A stretch of 63,990 bases of DNA, counting the filler, from Catajapyx aquilonaris (Eukaryota): the NCBI GenBank assembly GCA_000934665.2. It is 3 parts of 3 records of this genome, joined end to end, with 100 filler letters (N's around TTAATTAATTAA, not from the genome) between each part and the next. Parts side by side here need not be neighbours in the genome. Positions count along the whole stretch, not along the records: positions 44,280 to 63,990 come from JYFJ02006402.1; 2 more parts are not named here. One strand, given 5' to 3'. The notes beneath the pieces were generated by a model that was not told where the DNA came from, did no database searches, and saw nothing but the letters and a program-made list of their open reading frames with translations. The translations under genes were made by a program, and so were the position numbers. Shown here one piece after another: positions 62,651-63,990 of this stretch (positions are counted from its first letter, which is position 1; each line of letters opens with the position of its first letter).

Positions 62651-63990
62651 GAATTTGTTCAAAAATTTCCCCACTTTTGAATCCCATATTTACAATAAAA
62701 ATTATCGCACAAACACAACAAATATTTAATATTTTTTCTTCAAATTTTTAAAACAACTTTTCCTTGTACGGAGCTAATTAGTTCCTTAAACCTTTATAAT
62801 CACTAAAAATTGCATGATCTGGCAACACTGTGTCAGTCCCGGATGAAGCAGTGTGGGAAATACTGTCTCTCTCAGCACTCCCTCATCACTCACATCGTTG
62901 TAAATATGCAAGTGAGTTTCTGAAAAACACCGGAAAGGTGGGTTTGCTATCGCATCTACGTTGGAGTCTACAAAAAAAATAGAAAAAAAATAGAGAGAGA
63001 GAGAGAGATAGGCTGGCTGGTGATGAGAAGGACCAAGGCTATGCCCGTAGCAGCCCGGATTTTCCTACGCCACAGCCACAGCCGCTCGTTAGCAATTCAA
63101 TTTTCGCCAGCGGCTGCTTCTGGCAGCTTTGTTGGTGCTGGCAAAGAAGAGGGCCTTGGGGGAAAAGGAGGCGAAAGGGGGAGTGAAAGAAAGTAAAGAG
63201 GGCATGGAGAAAGAAGNNNNNNNNGGGGGGGGGGGTCGAAATTTGCACCTTATGAACGTATGCAACCGCCATTTTTTTGTTGACGGTTTTTGTGCCTCTA
63301 ACTAACTGAAAGATTGATAACCTGGAATCGTGACTAATCAGCTTATGTACACCATATAATTATGTACACAGTATGCAAATATTATTGTGATATAATTATG
63401 TATTAATATTATTTACATATAATTACACGGTACTCCCGATTATCTGGGTTAATTACAGCAAGGGTGTTGCCGGATAATCGGAAAATGGTCATAGAAATCG
63501 TTAAAAAATGAGCTATTCGCAGATATCGTGGGATAGCAGTTATTTTTGTAGCTTGTGACCCTATAACCAGGTCTATAGCATCTGATATATTCGACCCCCT
63601 GGGAGTAATTAAGCACTTGGTTAGGAGCACAAGCTACAGAAAACGACAAAAAATAACTACTATCGGGCAATATCAAAATTGGCAAATCACGTGAGCGTGT
63701 TTATAGTATACTTTTTCATATTTACTTCTATTGTCCCCAACGTCCGTCACGGAACTGGGACTGAAGCCACCCATAACTCATTTTCGGCAAAAAGTGGACT
63801 TACCCTTTCACCCCTCCGTCCTCCTACCCCCAGACCGCCCCTTTCGCCTTTAAAAAACTATCCTAGCAAACCCATATTTTATATATTTTTTCATGCATCG
63901 AAAAAAGGCTTACATCGGCTCTGTCCGTCCGTCCGTCTGTGGACAGGTATCAGGTATCATGGAGTAGGAGGAGCGAGGGGGGAAAGGGAC

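Overview
Eukaryotic, intron- and transposon-rich animal DNA, most likely arthropod (DRE promoter motifs, Lm1/Talua-like SINEs, insect-type GLYR1 sequence). Two identical 100-bp spacers (N44-TTAATTAATTAA-N44 at 23574-23673 and 44180-44279) split the window into three contigs whose adjacency is not guaranteed. Contig 1 carries a complete 4-coding-exon, ~522-aa GLYR1/NP60/NDF-like gene (PWWP plus inactive beta-hydroxyacid dehydrogenase) on +. Its introns are packed with nested DNA transposons, including a piggyBac-like > P-element > hAT stack. Contig 2 carries two duplicated + strand C2H2 zinc-finger cassettes with phase-0 acceptors, two paralogous DRE/CpG-rich promoter-first-exon modules, and a - strand BTB-zinc-finger gene with an internal phase-0 donor between its BTB/linker and its own fingers. 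That arrangement is the most interesting candidate here (possible mod(mdg4)/lola-like combinatorial or trans-splicing; untested). Contig 3 has no recognisable host gene, retains CpG, and consists of MITEs, SINEs, AACNG-rich repeat arrays and a 3-kb long-TIR element with decayed coding-like cargo. No prokaryotic features and no CRISPR array.
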